From Chrysomallon squamiferum (Eukaryota > Animalia > Mollusca), in contig CM022672.1 of the NCBI GenBank assembly GCA_012295275.1, forward strand, positions 14,136,001 through 14,200,000: 64,000 bases of DNA. Direction: 5' to 3'. A program made the position numbers and the translations under genes. A model generated the notes under the pieces. That model did no database searches. It was not told the DNA's origin and saw only the letters and a program-made list of their open reading frames with translations. The number at the start of each line of letters is the position of its first letter. Positions within the stretch are counted from its first letter, which is position 1. This document shows, in pieces, positions 39,135 through 55,008 of the stretch.

Positions 39135-40851
39135 GCATAACAGGCTGGCAGCCAAGGCTTTCATACACGCACACAATAGTTCGAGGACTTTTGAACACAT
39201 TATACTGTTAATCCGTTTGTAATGGCTTGGCGATTTTCACAAACTAAATACAGACTATGTAGCAAGTGCTGCAATCCAGTACCCAGATTCATAAACACAA
39301 AAATTCAAAAATTCAAAAAATAAAATATTTAAGTGTCTATGTCAGGGCTTCACAGAAACTAGCTGAAATGTAATTCGTAAATGCCTGTTAATAATGTTTC
39401 ATGTTGCCAAGCATTCAGTGCAAGAAAACACTTATCAACTACTTTAAATACTTCAGTTGTTTTCAACAGGATGTTTTGTCACTGAGGAAAATATTATATT
39501 TAATGCAGCCATATATACAGTGGGGATGAATACTGTGGTAAATGCTTTTGCTTTCAGAATAAAAAGCTGAAAATCAATATGTCGCAAAATGAAAATTCAT
39601 TCATCACGGAAAAGTATGAAGAATTTAAACACACGGCGCAATAAGACTGCAAAACGAAAAAAGAAAACTAGAGGCTTTTTAAAATACGAGAACCGTTGAT
39701 GATTTAAAATGAAAATTTAATTGTACGTGTATATTTGTCAGTGAGTGTGTATCTGTTTCTTTTCATTTTATAACTTGTAGATTATTTAGTAGCTTGCTGT
39801 TGATTTAGACGGAATCCCTATCAAGTTTGGACTTAGCAAGGAACTTTGATTATCTGCTGCTGTTAGAAACGCTTAATAAATGTGACTTAGCAACAGCCTA
39901 GAGAATTAGAGAGCTGTTTAGCAACTTATCTGTCATATTTTGTTGTTATACAGCTCAGAATGCACACACACTTGGAACGATAATTGTGATATATTACTCT
40001 CGCTGATTTTAGAACAGCTATCGATTAACGTAATAAGCAAAATCGTAACAAATACATAAAGCACGACTTCTAAGTATTCAGAACATATTTAGACTTTTGA
40101 TTTTCTTTATATCAGCAAAGGTATACTTTAAAGCAATGTATTCGATGTTATAATTTATATGCATGATATACATTTTATGTACATTTATATACATTTCTTG
40201 TCATGTCTTGTCATTTTATAATCCGTTAAATACCTTGAAAGGAATAACCATATCTTTAAGACGAACTGCATGGGTTCGATTCTTTATTCTGAAAACACGA
40301 TATTTTATTATAGGCAATCGCTATCGACTGAATACCGCCGTTACCACAACGAAATTTACAAGTTATTTTTAATTTAACGGGTAGCAAAGAGAATTAATGA
40401 ACTCGGTGGAGTTTTATGTTATTATGGCTAGAATCTGTACACACCCTGAGTGTTCGTAGTAAAAACAATTAATGTGGGAGAATAGAGTGTATTGTACTAC
40501 CTACAGCATGCCCGAACCTGAACACATCTAAGTATATATGAGATACAGAGGCACACACTATTAATACTTAGTGCACTAATTCGATGTACATGATGTAAGT
40601 AGTTATTTCTTACGTGTCCTGATTCGCACTGCCTTTCTGAAACTACGTAAATGTAAGTACTTGTATGACGTAGTATGTTTAGATTTCAAATAGTTACCAT
40701 TTCAGTACAAATTTGTCTTTGTGAATCTGTCTAGATTTGATTTTTAAATATATACTATATTGCTAAATGTTTACATATCCTGCGGAGAGCTGTACTTTTC
40801 TAAATATATTTATATAGATAGATAGATAGATATATATATATATATATATAT

Positions 40852-40944
<93 letters not shown>

Positions 40945-41906
40945 TATAAGTACAGATATTGCTGTGTGCATGTACAGAATCAAAACCAGTAGAAATTGTG
41001 TAAAGTTTGTCAAAGGCAGTAAAATGAAATGTTTACTAACACACACACACACACACACACACATACCCGATCAAGACAAATCAATCCTTTGTTGATCCAA
41101 GGTCATGTTACTGTAACTCATTTTAACAAAGCAAAAATCGTGTCGTCGTTTCTCGATATTTCTGTTCGTTATCCGACTTAAAAATAAACTTATCGTGTGA
41201 ACACTACTTACAAATCATATCTGTCGACTATCCCAAGTCGGCAGTACATACGATAGTTTGGCTACATTGTAATTCAAGTATTGATTAGACTGACCGTTTT
41301 ATAAAAAATATTTATTTCAGCCATAATAATAATATCGACACATTGAGACAGTTCTTTTCTAGCGTAAAGTCTAAGACCGAAATATATATCGACACAAATA
41401 TAATACCGACTTTACTGTATTGATTCAAGAGACAGAGAGAGACAAAAATCGTTATATGTGTTTAGGGCGGGCCCGGCACAAACAGAATATCGGCTCATTC
41501 AAGTCGACTCAGCAGGATCCGACTGTGTATGTTGTGCGTATGCGTGCTTTCGTGCGCGTGTGTTGTAGATGTGTTTAGATAGAGAGACATAAATGTACAT
41601 ACATACATGCACATGTGAGTGTGTATGAACGAATATACATACAAAGGCATATTTTGTTTTAATACAGAAACTTATACAAAATATATATATAGACACATAT
41701 ACACGAATATATATATATATAGACATATATGTACGCCTACAGACCACCTCTCAAAATACAAATTACACATACACAACAGGTTTGCTGAAAAATAATTGCA
41801 TCCTCCATAATTATGATACCTTATTTTCTGAAATACTGTTCTAGCTCTTGAATACACTGTAAATCATTAACGGTATTTACATAAATAATATTTTCTGTTT
41901 CAGGTG

Positions 41907-42683
41907 ATGGGTCTGAAACAGCTTAACGTGATCAGAATGAAATTGCTGTTTATCTGTGTCAGTTGTTTAGTAACGTCGACGATTCTGACGTTTCTCTACA
42001 CTCAAACAATTTGTGAGTTCGGCTAGTGTTTATAATAAATAATTGTGTTTTAAACCGAACTGTAGTGAAATTATTAATGAAAGAGTGTGAAGCGATTGTG
42101 TGTTCGGTAAAATGGAATTGTTGGCGGATGCAGCTATGACAGTTATTGCTTTCCTTAAGTGAGAAAAGCATCTGTTAGAACGTAATTACCGAAATCAAAC
42201 TGGTAGGAAAATGTGTTTTTGAATCTGGCCATTTTAACAAACAGTCTTTGTCTTACAGTCGTCAAAAGAGTATTTTGTGCTGATACGAACAGACGCCCTG
42301 AGCACTTTTAACTTATTAGTATTGCTACTTTAAACATCGCGAGCAGTATTTGTCGATAATAAAATATGCTAATAATGTAACAAGCTCATGACGGATGTTG
42401 TCGTTTTACTGTGACGTCATTTTGTTTTACAGAAATATGAAAGAGAATCATTCTTTCAATAACGTGTTGTTGGGGAGGGGTTGGTTTTTTTTTTAATGTA
42501 CGATGTGACGTCACGAAACAAAGTAAACTCTCAACTGTTATGCATCCTCGCCAGCTATTTGCATCGTTCTCAGACTCTGTTGTTAACAAAGTCCTGTGTC
42601 AGTGAATAAAGTTATACAGTCACTTATTTTTAAACAATCATCTGTCGTCTACCGATCCTTGAATAATGTATTTTGTGTATTTT

Positions 42684-42750
<67 letters not shown>

Positions 42751-43703
42751 GTTTTTACGTTTTCTTTGAGTATTATACGGTATTTTCTTTCATCAGGTAT
42801 TTCAGACCTAAAGAAAATGTCACATTTTGAAAATGAGGTAAAACAGGTAAGTTTTTCGTCTGATTCACGTTTATATAAGCAAGTACTGTCATTAAACTGT
42901 CCTTGCTGTTTAGATTTCAAACAGACAAAAATAGTAATAGTACTGAACAGTATTCTACATCTTTATTGCTTTAGTTTCCGTTATTGGAAACTGATTTTAC
43001 CAATAAAGTTTGTTTATCTGTATGTATTGTATTTATATGTATGTTGTACAGCTATATTATATATATATGTTAGCTATAATAATTATGACAGAAAAACCCT
43101 TCGTAGCAAAGTCCCGTTTGTGTTGTGGTTTGGGGAGAGGGTTGGGGGGAGCTTTTTGGTGATCTTGTGTCGATCTTTCGCTTTGTAAGAGAGTGGTAGT
43201 AGCAGCAGCAGTAGTAGTAGTAGTAGTAGTAGTAGTAATAAACAATTGGCTTGTTTTCAGATAAGCACATCTGCAGTATCCATACCTAATCCTACTTTGT
43301 TAGCCGGAAAACAGCGTGGATATAAAGGTAATTATCAAGTTTAATTATTTTAATAACCAGTTAATTATTTTAATGCATATGTATACGTACATAAACAGAC
43401 ATACACAGGTACATACATACATACATACATATATATACACAAACACAAGAACACGCACATACATACATACATACATACATACATGTATGCCTACTACGAT
43501 GGAATTTGTTTAATGAAATATATTTTATGTGAATGTGCATGGTTTAATTATACTGGAAACAATATATTACAAGCTGCTTTATGACCATGACAGGGTATGG
43601 GAACATAACATTCAAATTTTAAATGATATCGTTTTAATTCATTCTAAATGGATACTTTGAACAAAAATAAGATGTCAGTTATGTAAATAAGTACAGTAAT
43701 TCA

Positions 43704-43793
<90 letters not shown>

Positions 43794-45237
43794 GCCGTTT
43801 AAGCCATAAAAGTACGATTATCCATAAATTATTTATGCCATAATTTCCTTTACAATTATGAGTAGCCTCTCTTCGGCAAAATCTCTTATACTAGTTTCCG
43901 TTATAATCTGAAATGAAGTGAATAATCTATTTGCACCATATGCTTTCCAAAATGCGGGAAAGTAGACAGATGTACATATAAATTTCCAAATAATTATATA
44001 AAGAAGTAATGTTACCTTACCAAAAATTTATGTTTTAATTATATAATTTTAGTTTATTATTTTAATCCTTACAGTAAATCTGACAATAGGAATTCCAACA
44101 GTGAATCGAAAGAAGACCATGTACCTGTTTGACACTATACAGTCATTAATTAACGAGAGTACGGCACGGGACAGAAATAATATGACCGTGGTGGTGTTGT
44201 TCTGTGATCTGGACAACCAGTTCAACGGACAACTACTGAATCGTATTCGAACCCGCTTCAACGCTGAACTAACTTCAGGATTCCTACTGGTCATCCGGGC
44301 TCCCACAGAAAATTACCCATCACTGCAGAACCTGCGCAGAACATTTGGTGACAGCAGTGACCGGGTCATGTGGCGATCGAAACAAAACCTCGATTACGCA
44401 GTCCTTATGGCGTACGCGCAAAATATTTCCAGATATTATCTTCAGTTGGAAGACGACGTGATAGCTGCCCCGTCTTATTACGGCAAAATAATGTCTTTTG
44501 TTGATTCTATATCAGAGGAATGGGCCATGCTGGATTTTAGTACCTTAGGTTTTATCGGAAAACTTTACCAGTGCAAAGACCTGATGAAACTAGCCGTGCT
44601 TCTACGAACGTTTTTCAGTGAACAGCCATGCGACTTTCTTCTGAACTTCCATCTCAATCTCATGTTGCAGAACAAGCGATATATTCGAACGCCAACCCTT
44701 TTCAAACACATAGGCTCCATCTCGTCTTTATCTAACACCAAGCGAAACAACAAAAATCTGTTTTTTCAAGGTAGGACTAAAATACACAAGGGAGATAACC
44801 CCGAAGCTGAAGTATACACAAACATGATAGTTTATAACGACCATGTCGTAGAAAACGCTTATAATTCTAAAAGAGATGATTCAGCATTCTGGGCCAAAGC
44901 ACCTAAAATAAATGATTTTGTCGAACTAATTTTCAAACGACCGGCAAATATTAGCAGAATTATTGTCGAAACTGGTTTCTCTGCGGATTACCAACACGAC
45001 CAATTAGAAAGTGCTCGTTTAGACGCCGGATACAACTTAATTAACGTCACACACTTTAAAAGACAATGCACGAAATTTCACACACTCGGAATATTTACCA
45101 AAGGAAGAATTGATGTAATAATTTCACAGAACTCTGGGGTGATTAGCTGTCTTCTAATAACAGTTACGCAAACACAGCTGAACTGGTTATATATGCCCGA
45201 GATTGCTGTTTTCACTCATGAATTAGACAAAACCTGA
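41907..45237 (+). CDS. MGAT4C: Alpha-1,3-mannosyl-glycoprotein 4-beta-N-acetylglucosaminyltransferase C-like (GT54), ~461 aa
   Basis: Exons 41907-42012 (type II membrane anchor MGLKQLNVIRMKLLFICVSCLVTSTILTFLYTQTI), 42797-42846, 43261-43327 and 44075-45237, all GT-AG and in phase. Motifs LTIGIPTVNR, WRSKQNLDY, YYLQLEDD, LGFIGKL, QPCD, PTLFKHIG, and a C-terminal DNPEA...FWA lectin-like domain. The symbol indicates subfamily, not proven orthology. Confidence 0.92.
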
Positions 45238-46569
45238 TTGTGGCTTACTGATATTACAACCAATACTATTCTCAGAAATACTGCCATGGCTGTTTTAGTT
45301 ACTACATTGACTAGCCTTTACAAAGAATTTACAACGACTGCGCTTAACGGAAATATTCCTGGTGTTCCCCAGTGATTACTAGTAAAACGTCTACTGTTTC
45401 TGCAATTCCTTTGCCTCTTCTTTGAATTTAAAAAATTATGCTTTAAAATAAATGTTCTCCGCATTCCACGATGTTTACTAGAGCAACACAACAAGTAATG
45501 CTGCTGCTTCAACTACCTCCCTTTGAGAATTTAACCAAAAATTCATATTTTCGTTTTTCCACGGCGTATCCTACATCAGAAAGAACTACTAGTACTAGTA
45601 GCAGTATTCGAAAATGTGCAAGAATTACACTTAATTTTCCATGCTTTTGATAAACCTACAGAGAAATCGCTGTAGCTCAATCGTCAGAGCTGTGCCATTC
45701 TCATCCTGACAGAGACCATCGACTGATGTGAATGGACGTGGTAAAAAAAAAAAAAAAAAAAAAAAAATTCTTATCTGTTACTCGTTGTAAGGCGTCAGCT
45801 TCACTGAAAACCTATAAAAATTGTTTTGGTTTTTATTGTCTTAAGGCCACGAAGTGGTATGCATTAAGATGATCAAATGTAAAACTGGTTTACAGACTAG
45901 TGTGCAACGCTGAAGTACTAGTTTAGATAGCTGTCTCTAATAATAATCATTGGTAATCTGTTGTATACTTTTGTAAATGGTGTTCGAGTTTTTTTGTTGT
46001 TTGGGGAGTTGTTTCGACTGTTTTGTGTGCATGTGTGTTGGAGGGGTGTTTTCATGGGATTGACGAATGTATTTTAAAAAATATATATATATCGTTTTCT
46101 TCCGGGGTTTTGTGTTGCTGCTGTATGAGTGGTTTTTTGTTGGGTTTTCCCCGCCCAACATTTCAAAATATTATAGACGGACAAAATGTATAAAGATAAA
46201 AATGGAAATGATTTAAAATTTTCTCAAGAAATGCACTACGTGACAATTAAATATAACAAATATCTGGAAAAGAGCTATTTCTGAAGTCAGTTTATTTCGT
46301 CGTAAATATAATATTATTCCTAACAATATTTAGACCACACTGTAAACATAACAAAAGCCAGAACAAGCTAGAGATCATAAATATTACTGTACATGTAACA
46401 CTAACCCTGACCATTTTTGGACTACACTGTAAACATAATAACATCCATAAGCTACGGACCACACATTATAATAGCTCACAGGGATAAAGGTAAAAATATT
46501 CTTACTTGTTTCTTTATCATAATTATGTGTAGTAATTACAATGTTGTATAATAATATAAAACACCGATA

Positions 46570-46935
46570 TAAACGAACTACGTTTAACATGTTAGATATA
46601 AATGCAATATTGTACAACACGTTTGAAATGAACGTAAAACGTACAACGTCGCATGTAAAAGTAATACGTATAACGTTAGATATAAACGCAATATGAACGT
46701 AATATGTACAGCATGTTAGATACAAACGTTAACGCGTATAACGTTAGAAACAGACGTAATAAGTACATTAGATACAATAGTAATACGTATAACGTCAGAA
46801 ACCGACGTAAAACGTACGTTAGATACAAACGTAATACACGTTAGAAATTAATGTAATATGTATATGTTAGTTTAAACGTAATACGTACAACTTTTTAAAC
46901 ATAAACCTAATAGTAAAACATTAGATATAAACATA
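46570..46935. repeat. Degenerate ~26-28 bp minisatellite
   Basis: Recurrent AAACGTAATACGTATAACGTTAGATA(T/C)-like units, roughly a dozen copies, ACGT-rich. Confidence 0.75.
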
Positions 46936-47426
46936 ATGGTTATAATTATTCCACAAAAAAAATAATACTTGACAGAATTACAGAAATATCTAAATACAAC
47001 ATTAACATAAACGTAAAATATCAATAAATATAATACCCTGTTATCTCTCACATTTCAAAATGTGAATTTCGTTTTTTAACACAATATCAAATGACAAAGA
47101 TTGTTATTTCGTTTGTTCATACACTGCAAATAAAATTTTTAAAAATAATAGTAATTTGTCCAATATTAGTTCAGTTCAGCAGAATTATTTTTGTTAAACA
47201 CATTTTTCTGCTTCTGACTGCAGTTTCCGAATTATCCTTTCAAATTCATCAAAAATAAACAATTAAAACAAAACAAGAGTAACTAAATTTAAAAAAAAAA
47301 CAATTATGCCATTTAAAAATTTACAAACATTTGGCGTTTCCAAGTTCTAAAATGAAATAAAACCACACAGGTGTTGATTCTGTTTCTTTTACTTTCATTT
47401 AAAATTTCAGACAAACTGAACGTAAA

Positions 47427-48183
47427 TTAACTTAGTGATTTTTCAAATAAAACCATTTTCCCATCGGACTGAAACACAGGTGTGGGCATGCCAATACTTT
47501 TCAACAAGCCATCGATTTCAGCAGGTGTTATTTTCACGTCGAACAGAATGTTTAACTGATAATTCTTCTCGTTTTCCAGTTCCAGCATGTTCTGCACATG
47601 CAGTTGGAAGTGATCCGACACCTCACCGATGTCCTTACCAAATAGGTCTAGAGAATACAACAAACCTAATTTACATCGATAGTAAGTGAAGGCTGACAAG
47701 CATGTGTACAGTACATCAGAATTAGGTTCATCAGCAGATTTACTGCCGTACATCGTTATTTTTTGATCCATGATGTCATCGACGTTGGACATCAAAAACC
47801 GATATGGAATCCAGTGTACGACTATTCGACCACTCGGAAACAGTTGTTTGCACGTGGGTTCTGAGCGAAACACAGATTCTATGTCGTGTTTCTGTAGACA
47901 TTTCGGTGCTCGGTCTGTCTGACAAGAGATGTGCTGCAGTTCTTCACTTCTGTATCTACGGAAAATGAAATTCTGCAAATATACCACAAAAAAAGAGATG
48001 TTACTTTTGACTCTGATCAAAAAACAAAATAACAGTTTTTTAATGTAGTTCAGTACGTCATGTTTAACAGAAATGTGATATTTGTTTCAGAGAGAGAGAG
48101 AGACAGAGAGTGAGAAAAAGAGGTTACAAAATGCTAATCCCTAACCAAATATAAAGCATGCATTAACACTAAATTTCCTACTA

Positions 48184-48227
<44 letters not shown>

Positions 48228-49239
48228 AAACTGGATTTGTTGATCTAAATCAGTTTATCTAATCCTAAAGGGAACTGCAGGAATGCAGCAGTCCTCTAAC
48301 TCCAACTTCTGTAGCAGCATGTAATAACTTAAATAAGAAACATTTATTAGCTATTTTTCGTTAAGTTTCAAACTATTTTATTCTGCACTCACAGACTCAT
48401 GTAGAAAAATATTCATAGTTGTGAAACATAAACTATTATTATTCTAAATAAATGTATAAAAAAATCTGAATTTTGTTTTCTTTTAGCAAAATATTAAGTA
48501 GTTCTACTCGTCTTTCACCGAGTTCAATAATGTGTATGTAATCATCAAATGCATCAAGTTTTATCATATTAAAAAAAAATGTCTGAAAGGCAGGCTTAAA
48601 AAATCAATGCCTGTCCTTCCCAATTTCAGTCTTATGCTAAAAATGATACTACTGATTTGTGTTTATCTAAACATTTTCTTCAGTTACTGCACCCGACCTT
48701 GTGAAGAATTTCCGTGTATGTTGATCTGATTCTATCCTCATTCTTTCCAAAATGTTCTGAAAATATTGCAAATGCTTCATGCTTCACCCTGCCGATGTTA
48801 ACAAACTGCTGTCGAACAAATTTGACCAACGTGCCGTATACACCTTGACCTCTGAACTGGTCATTGACCCTGCCTGCACGTAACAGCAGAGTTCTGCCAT
48901 CATCTACAGTGTATGCCGCCACAAATGCAACCTGAAGAAAAACAAATCACCGATGCTGCTAAAGATTATAACTTATCAGATATCGTGACTTTTATTGATT
49001 TCAAATTCACTTATTTTATTTTTTGGTAATTATTTTTCATTTATTTATTTATTTATTTATTTATTTATTTTGAATAATTACAACAAGAGAAATGTCCCTA
49101 GCTCAGTGTATGTTTACATTAGCAGCTATAATGTTAATTTTTATAAGTATCTTGCTACATAGGTTTCAATAATTGTTCCTAAGAAGGTGTTGATTTAAAT
49201 GGGCAACAGTTTTAGGTGTACTGATGATATAACCACAAA

Positions 49240-49301
<62 letters not shown>

Positions 49302-49877
49302 TTCACATACATACATACATACATACATACATACATACATACATACATACATACATACATACATACATACATACATACATACATACATACATACATACAA
49401 ACATACATATACATACCTACATACATATACAAATACAATTTACATAATGTTACAAACTGTAAATACATTCAATAATATTTGCACAATGACTTGATGTACT
49501 CAGTAGTAATTGTTAATTTAGTTAAGAAGTCAACAACAGTAAAAAAAAAAAAAAGAAGGAAGATCATAATTTTCATAACAAATTTCCTAAGACCCAAACT
49601 TTTCAAATAAAATTTACAATATATCTCATCTATTTTTAAACAAAAATTTTAAAATTATTTTTGTTTGAGGACTTAAGACTGGAAGTAACATATTGTAACT
49701 AAATCTTACAATTTTGCCGTCAACAAGGCTAACATAGCATTTGCAATTCACCATTTTGATGAAATTGTTGTATTTGGAAGGGAGATAATCAGCTCCAGTG
49801 TATACCTCTCCAATCGCCATAACATCATCATAGTCATCAACAGTGGCTTCCCTAAAGGTAGCAACTAGTTTCTCCAT
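47427..49877 (-). CDS. NAT16: Histidine N-acetyltransferase / NAT16-like GNAT acetyltransferase, copy 1 (~315 aa)
   Basis: Coding exons 49877-49710, 48931-48698 and 47972-47427 (phase 0, GT-AG). Motifs FREATVDDYDDVMAI..VYTGADYLPSKY, acetyl-CoA motif A AGRVNDQFRGQGVYG, and C-terminal LFPSGRIVVHWIPY...YSLDLFG typical of NAT16/HISAT. Confidence 0.88.
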
Positions 49878-50349
49878 ATTGAACCTGCAAAATGACAGAT
49901 TATACAATTATTAAGCTAAGTGTAATCAAAAGTATTATTAAAAAGACAAATGAGTAGTTCTATAATCTGAAAGCACAACTTAGATGTGTGAAAAAACACG
50001 GAGTAGGCTAATTTTGAGTAACCATGGTGTAAATTTATTATTCTACGTGTAGTAAAGATATATCCCTTCTAAGACTACATTAGGTTTATTATTTTATTTG
50101 TGTATGCAGAACAAAATAACACTAAAACTAATACTAATGCTAATAGTAATAATAATAATAATAATAAATAAATAAATAAATAAATAATTAAAAATTAAAA
50201 ATTGTACATACTTTTAACAAACATATTATTAATAAATCTGTAGCATGATTCTGCCTTTAATGTGTTTTTTAGAATAAAACGAAAACAATAATTTAAAAAA
50301 TTGGATTTAGTTATTTATTTTTATAGGTATTATCATCATCATCATCATC

Positions 50350-50400
<51 letters not shown>

Positions 50401-50969
50401 CTAATGTGAAAGAAAAAACAACATATATCAGATATTACAGGTATTGCTATATATTACAAATAAACTTACTAACAATTAACTATTTAATGCGCTTCTATCT
50501 TCTGAACATTCGGTGGTCCCTTCCAGCTGCTTTGAATTTCAGCACTAACAATAATAATAATACACGCCTGAAAAAATGCTATGAACCCCTTGCAGTAACA
50601 GATTAAAATACATCACAAATAACTGTTATTACAAATCACAAATTAAGAAACCTGAAATCTAATCAGTTGTTCTGTCTTCTTACTCACTGCCAGTCAGTTC
50701 TTACTACAAATCAGATTCACTTTACTTATTTTGCTGGTAATGTCTTGGTGACATCCGTTTTGTTAATTACTGCAAAAATTACCTAGAGCTGCTTAACTTT
50801 GTTGAGGTATAATAATAAATTTGAATATATATTAATAATAGGATCAAAGATTATTTATTGTAAACATATGACCTAGAAACTGATAGGTCTTATCTGGATT
50901 AACACAACTGAAACTAGTTCACTGAGTTTCTTTCAGGTTAATATTGAGTAAAATACAGATACCTGCACT

Positions 50970-51017
<48 letters not shown>

Positions 51018-51257
51018 ATTAATAATTCACATACATACATATAAGCATATCACACACACAGACATAAATACATTTTAAAAAATCACATAGGATTAAGTAA
51101 CAAATAGTTATATATGCTGATTAAATTAACATTAAATTTAATGAAGCACAAACAAAACCAAACAAATTAAATATGAAAAAAAAAATAATAATAATAAAAT
51201 GTATTTATATATTTATTCACTCAAAGGTCTCTTCTCTTACTCTCCATACAGACAGAC

Positions 51258-51335
<78 letters not shown>

Positions 51336-51358
51336 CATAAACAAAAAGTAAATATATA

Positions 51359-51536
51359 CAGGGTGGTCAAAAGGCAGATGGACAGTAAATGATAACATTT
51401 ATTTCGAGATTATATTTACTCCAAAAGATTAAATTTAAATAATGTAGCACAAATATCATATTATAATGAACACCACTGTAATAATATAACTCTCACCCTA
51501 ACCCACATACTGTCCACCTACTTTTGGACCACCCTG
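51359..51536. mobile_element. Tc1/mariner-type MITE (~178 bp)
   Basis: TA|CAGGGTGGTCAAAAGGCAGATGGACAGTA ... TACTGTCCACCTACTTTTGGACCACCCTG forms ~29-bp imperfect TIRs. The left TA is intact and the right flank is TT. Confidence 0.85.
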
Positions 51537-53311
51537 TTCATTACTTTAAAGAAGCATCAGAATCGATAAACAGTCAATGAGTCATAATGCTAATAATTAT
51601 TATAATACTAACTGCGATTTTAACTCCCTAAGTAATATCACTTTTAAATTTCTGACCTCTATATTGTACCTTTATGATATAATAATACGATCTGTAATTT
51701 GAATTTATTAAATTATTATTATTATTATTATTAAATAATTAATTAATTATTAATAAAAATCGTTTTTCGTGATAAAAACGCGTGCTTACCAGATTAACCT
51801 GTTAGTTAATTATGCGTTGTAAGAATCCCTCATATGGTTTATAATATTTATCTCTAAATAATAATATGCCAGTAAAAATAGTGTAAACGCGCAGATGTTT
51901 AGCTTTCTTACTGTGCAATAAACGTTTTCCCTCAGAGTGCTAGCATAATTAAGAAAACATGGCACCTTTCCAAGTCACTTTTCCCGATCATTACGACGTT
52001 CGTTGATTTCCGTAAAAAACTACTCTCTGTAAGAAGGTCAATATAAATATTTGCAAGCGGTGTGTGTTTGAGAGCGTGTGTGTGTGTGTGTATGTGGATG
52101 TGGGTGATTATGCTAGTTTTTGGAGTAAATAGATAAACTGATTAATTGATTCATGATTGACTAACTGATTTATTTTACATTCGCACTGATTAGATTAAAG
52201 AAAAAGACGCCAATAGCAAATATTTTATATTTGTATCTCAATCAATATTATATGCCCATTGAAAAGACGATTGAAAACGGTTTTGACAGAACACTGAAAT
52301 ATTTAAAAAAATAAAAATAACTATATTGCTGGATTTCATTTATTATTCATCGCTTTGAAAACAATTTGAATTAATTAATCAAAAAATGAATAAAGCCTGA
52401 ATGAAATGATGTAATTATAAAATTAATGCATATTTACTGTAAATGTCGAAAACAAAAGTAATTATAATATTAATTTGAATGTGAGAGTCTAATCTCAGTT
52501 TCAGAGAATCACGAAAGAGAGAGATTTATTATAGTATCTTAATAAAACTTTATCGAAATTGGTTAGTGAAATCTTTCAATCGATGATTTAAATGGAACTT
52601 TGATGGATGATTTGTGGTTGCATTAATGTTTGCTTTAATGAATTTAGAAGAAAAGAAAAAATAATAATAAAACATATTATACAAAATATGAAATCTAAAT
52701 TTATTTAATCATTTACTTTTTTATTATTATTATTATTTTTTTTTTTTTTTACGAAGTTGTGAGGTAAACCCTCTCTCTCTCTCTCGCTCGCTCTATATCT
52801 ATATAGATAGATAGATAGATATAGATATAGATATACGTATATATTATTCTATAATACATAAGCTTATATCCAAAAAAAAAAAAAAAAAAAAAGTAGATAG
52901 AAACTCGAATAAGTCATATTCAGTTCAGTTCTTTATTAACTTTGAGCTTTAGAGTTATAACAGAAATACAAATCAAAACAAAGGCTGCATTACAGTGCAG
53001 GAGATGCAAAAACAATAATTATAACATAATTCAAACGTAATGTAATACACAATTATATTTAATGGATTGATATTGGTCACAAAGTTTGTTCTAAACCCGG
53101 AGAGACATTATTTAAATACATATACAATACAGTTCTTCATTAAATAAATAGATTAGTCTATCGTAACAAAATAGTGAGATATAATTTCCTGAGAATGCGA
53201 GGGCATAAATTAGAATATTATAGGATCTTCCGAATATAAACTATTACGTGGCTTTTCATATAACTTGTTGTATAGTTGTATATGAAACAGTAATGTAAAC
53301 ATTTCTTTGAA

Positions 53312-54929
53312 TTAAATGAATGATTTTTGAAATACAAAGAGTTCTTCAGTACATTTTCGGACAGCGGAAGGCATGCTAATAGACGATAGTATTTTGTCGA
53401 TATCGGCAAAAACTAAACTTCGGAAAAAGATAGATATTTCTACGTATTCACTGCATTCCAAGCCTTTAATTTCCTGCAAGTGCGCACGAATGTGGTTCTG
53501 CAGTTCCGCAATGTCATCCCCGAATACGTCTATAGAGTACACAACACCCAATTTACACTTATAGTGCGTACCCGCAGTCAGACACGTGTATGTGACGTCA
53601 CTGTCAGTGCTTTCCGAAGGACCACTAGCGAGCATCAGCATGTCGGAGGTCATGATGTAATCAAGGTTAGAGGTTAAAGGTCGATATGGAACCCAGTCAA
53701 TAATCATTCTGTCATCTGGAAACAGCCGTCTGCGTAGAGATTCTGAAGAAAACACTTTAGCTAGATCATTTCTCTCGAGACGTTTCGGTATTTTCTCTAT
53801 TTGAAATGATAGATGTTTGAAATCTTCACCTTTATATCGATAGCAACTAGCATTCTGAAATGCAAAGACTAACTTAGCGAAACGTATGCACCTAATCAGT
53901 ATAATATTATTACTTGTAATCTATGCCAGAAATATAAACTATTAAAATAATTCGAATGTGACAAATTTCTACTTCATTTAAGTTTAACATCTCTGATTTT
54001 TTTTCTTCTTTTTTTTCACACACACACTCACACACAGTTTATGTATTTTACTGACTGATTTCAAAGCTGAAAATAATGTTAAGAAGAAGAAAAGCTTCTG
54101 TTTATCACACAAATACGAAAATCATTTTAAAAAATATTTGGACGTAATGTCGTGGTTGTCTTATTTAATTCACCAGTAAAATATAATTATGACATGATGT
54201 TTAAGTTTACACAACACTATGTAAATATGTCACAAGCTGAAATAAAGAATAATTAGGTTTCTTGTTTAAATCGGTCAGTGACCTTGGGGTCAGTTTTATG
54301 AAATTAAAATTTGCTTAAAGGTCATTTTTCTTTTTTTTTGCTGTTTGGTTGATTATGTTGTTTTTGAAGGGTTTGTGTGGGGGAGGGGTTATTATTTTGT
54401 TGTTGTTTCTTGGAGAGAAATCCTAACTGGCTTAGTTTCGTAAAAGTCTTTTCGTCAAGTTGTAATTATGCCAACCTTGCGATGAATTTCTGTATATGCT
54501 GCCCTGATTCTGTCTTCGTTTTCCTCAACGTTTTCCGTATGTGTGGTGAATGTCTCGAACTTAACCCCTCCTACATCAGAAAATTGCCTCCGAACGAATT
54601 TGATTAATCTGCCGTATATGCCTTGACCTTTGAACTCTTCTTTGACCCTGCCTGCTCTGGTCACTAGAGTGTCACCATTGTTCACTGTGCATCCCGCCAC
54701 AAAGGCGACCTGGTCAGGAGAATAAGAGATAAAATTTATTTTTACAACAGGTACATGTGTTGAGCGAACAACAAAGTAAATAAATCTGTCACACTTCCTA
54801 AAAATAATTCTATTTGTATTAGGTATCAGACCCGTTTCGTGTAAGAGGATGAATTACAATATACAAAATAATACATTTTTAATTTGTATATTGTACTGAT
54901 TATTTCATCTTTATTATTATTACTACTAT

Positions 54930-55008
<79 letters not shown>

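Noticed and set aside
42259-42312. Candidate extra MGAT4C exon after TCTTACAG
   Set aside because: In the required phase it reaches TAA with no good donor. The model is complete and in frame without it.
45668-45742. tRNA-like A-box sequence GTAGCTCAATCG
   Set aside because: No cloverleaf or B-box. At most a decayed SINE head, not a tRNA gene.
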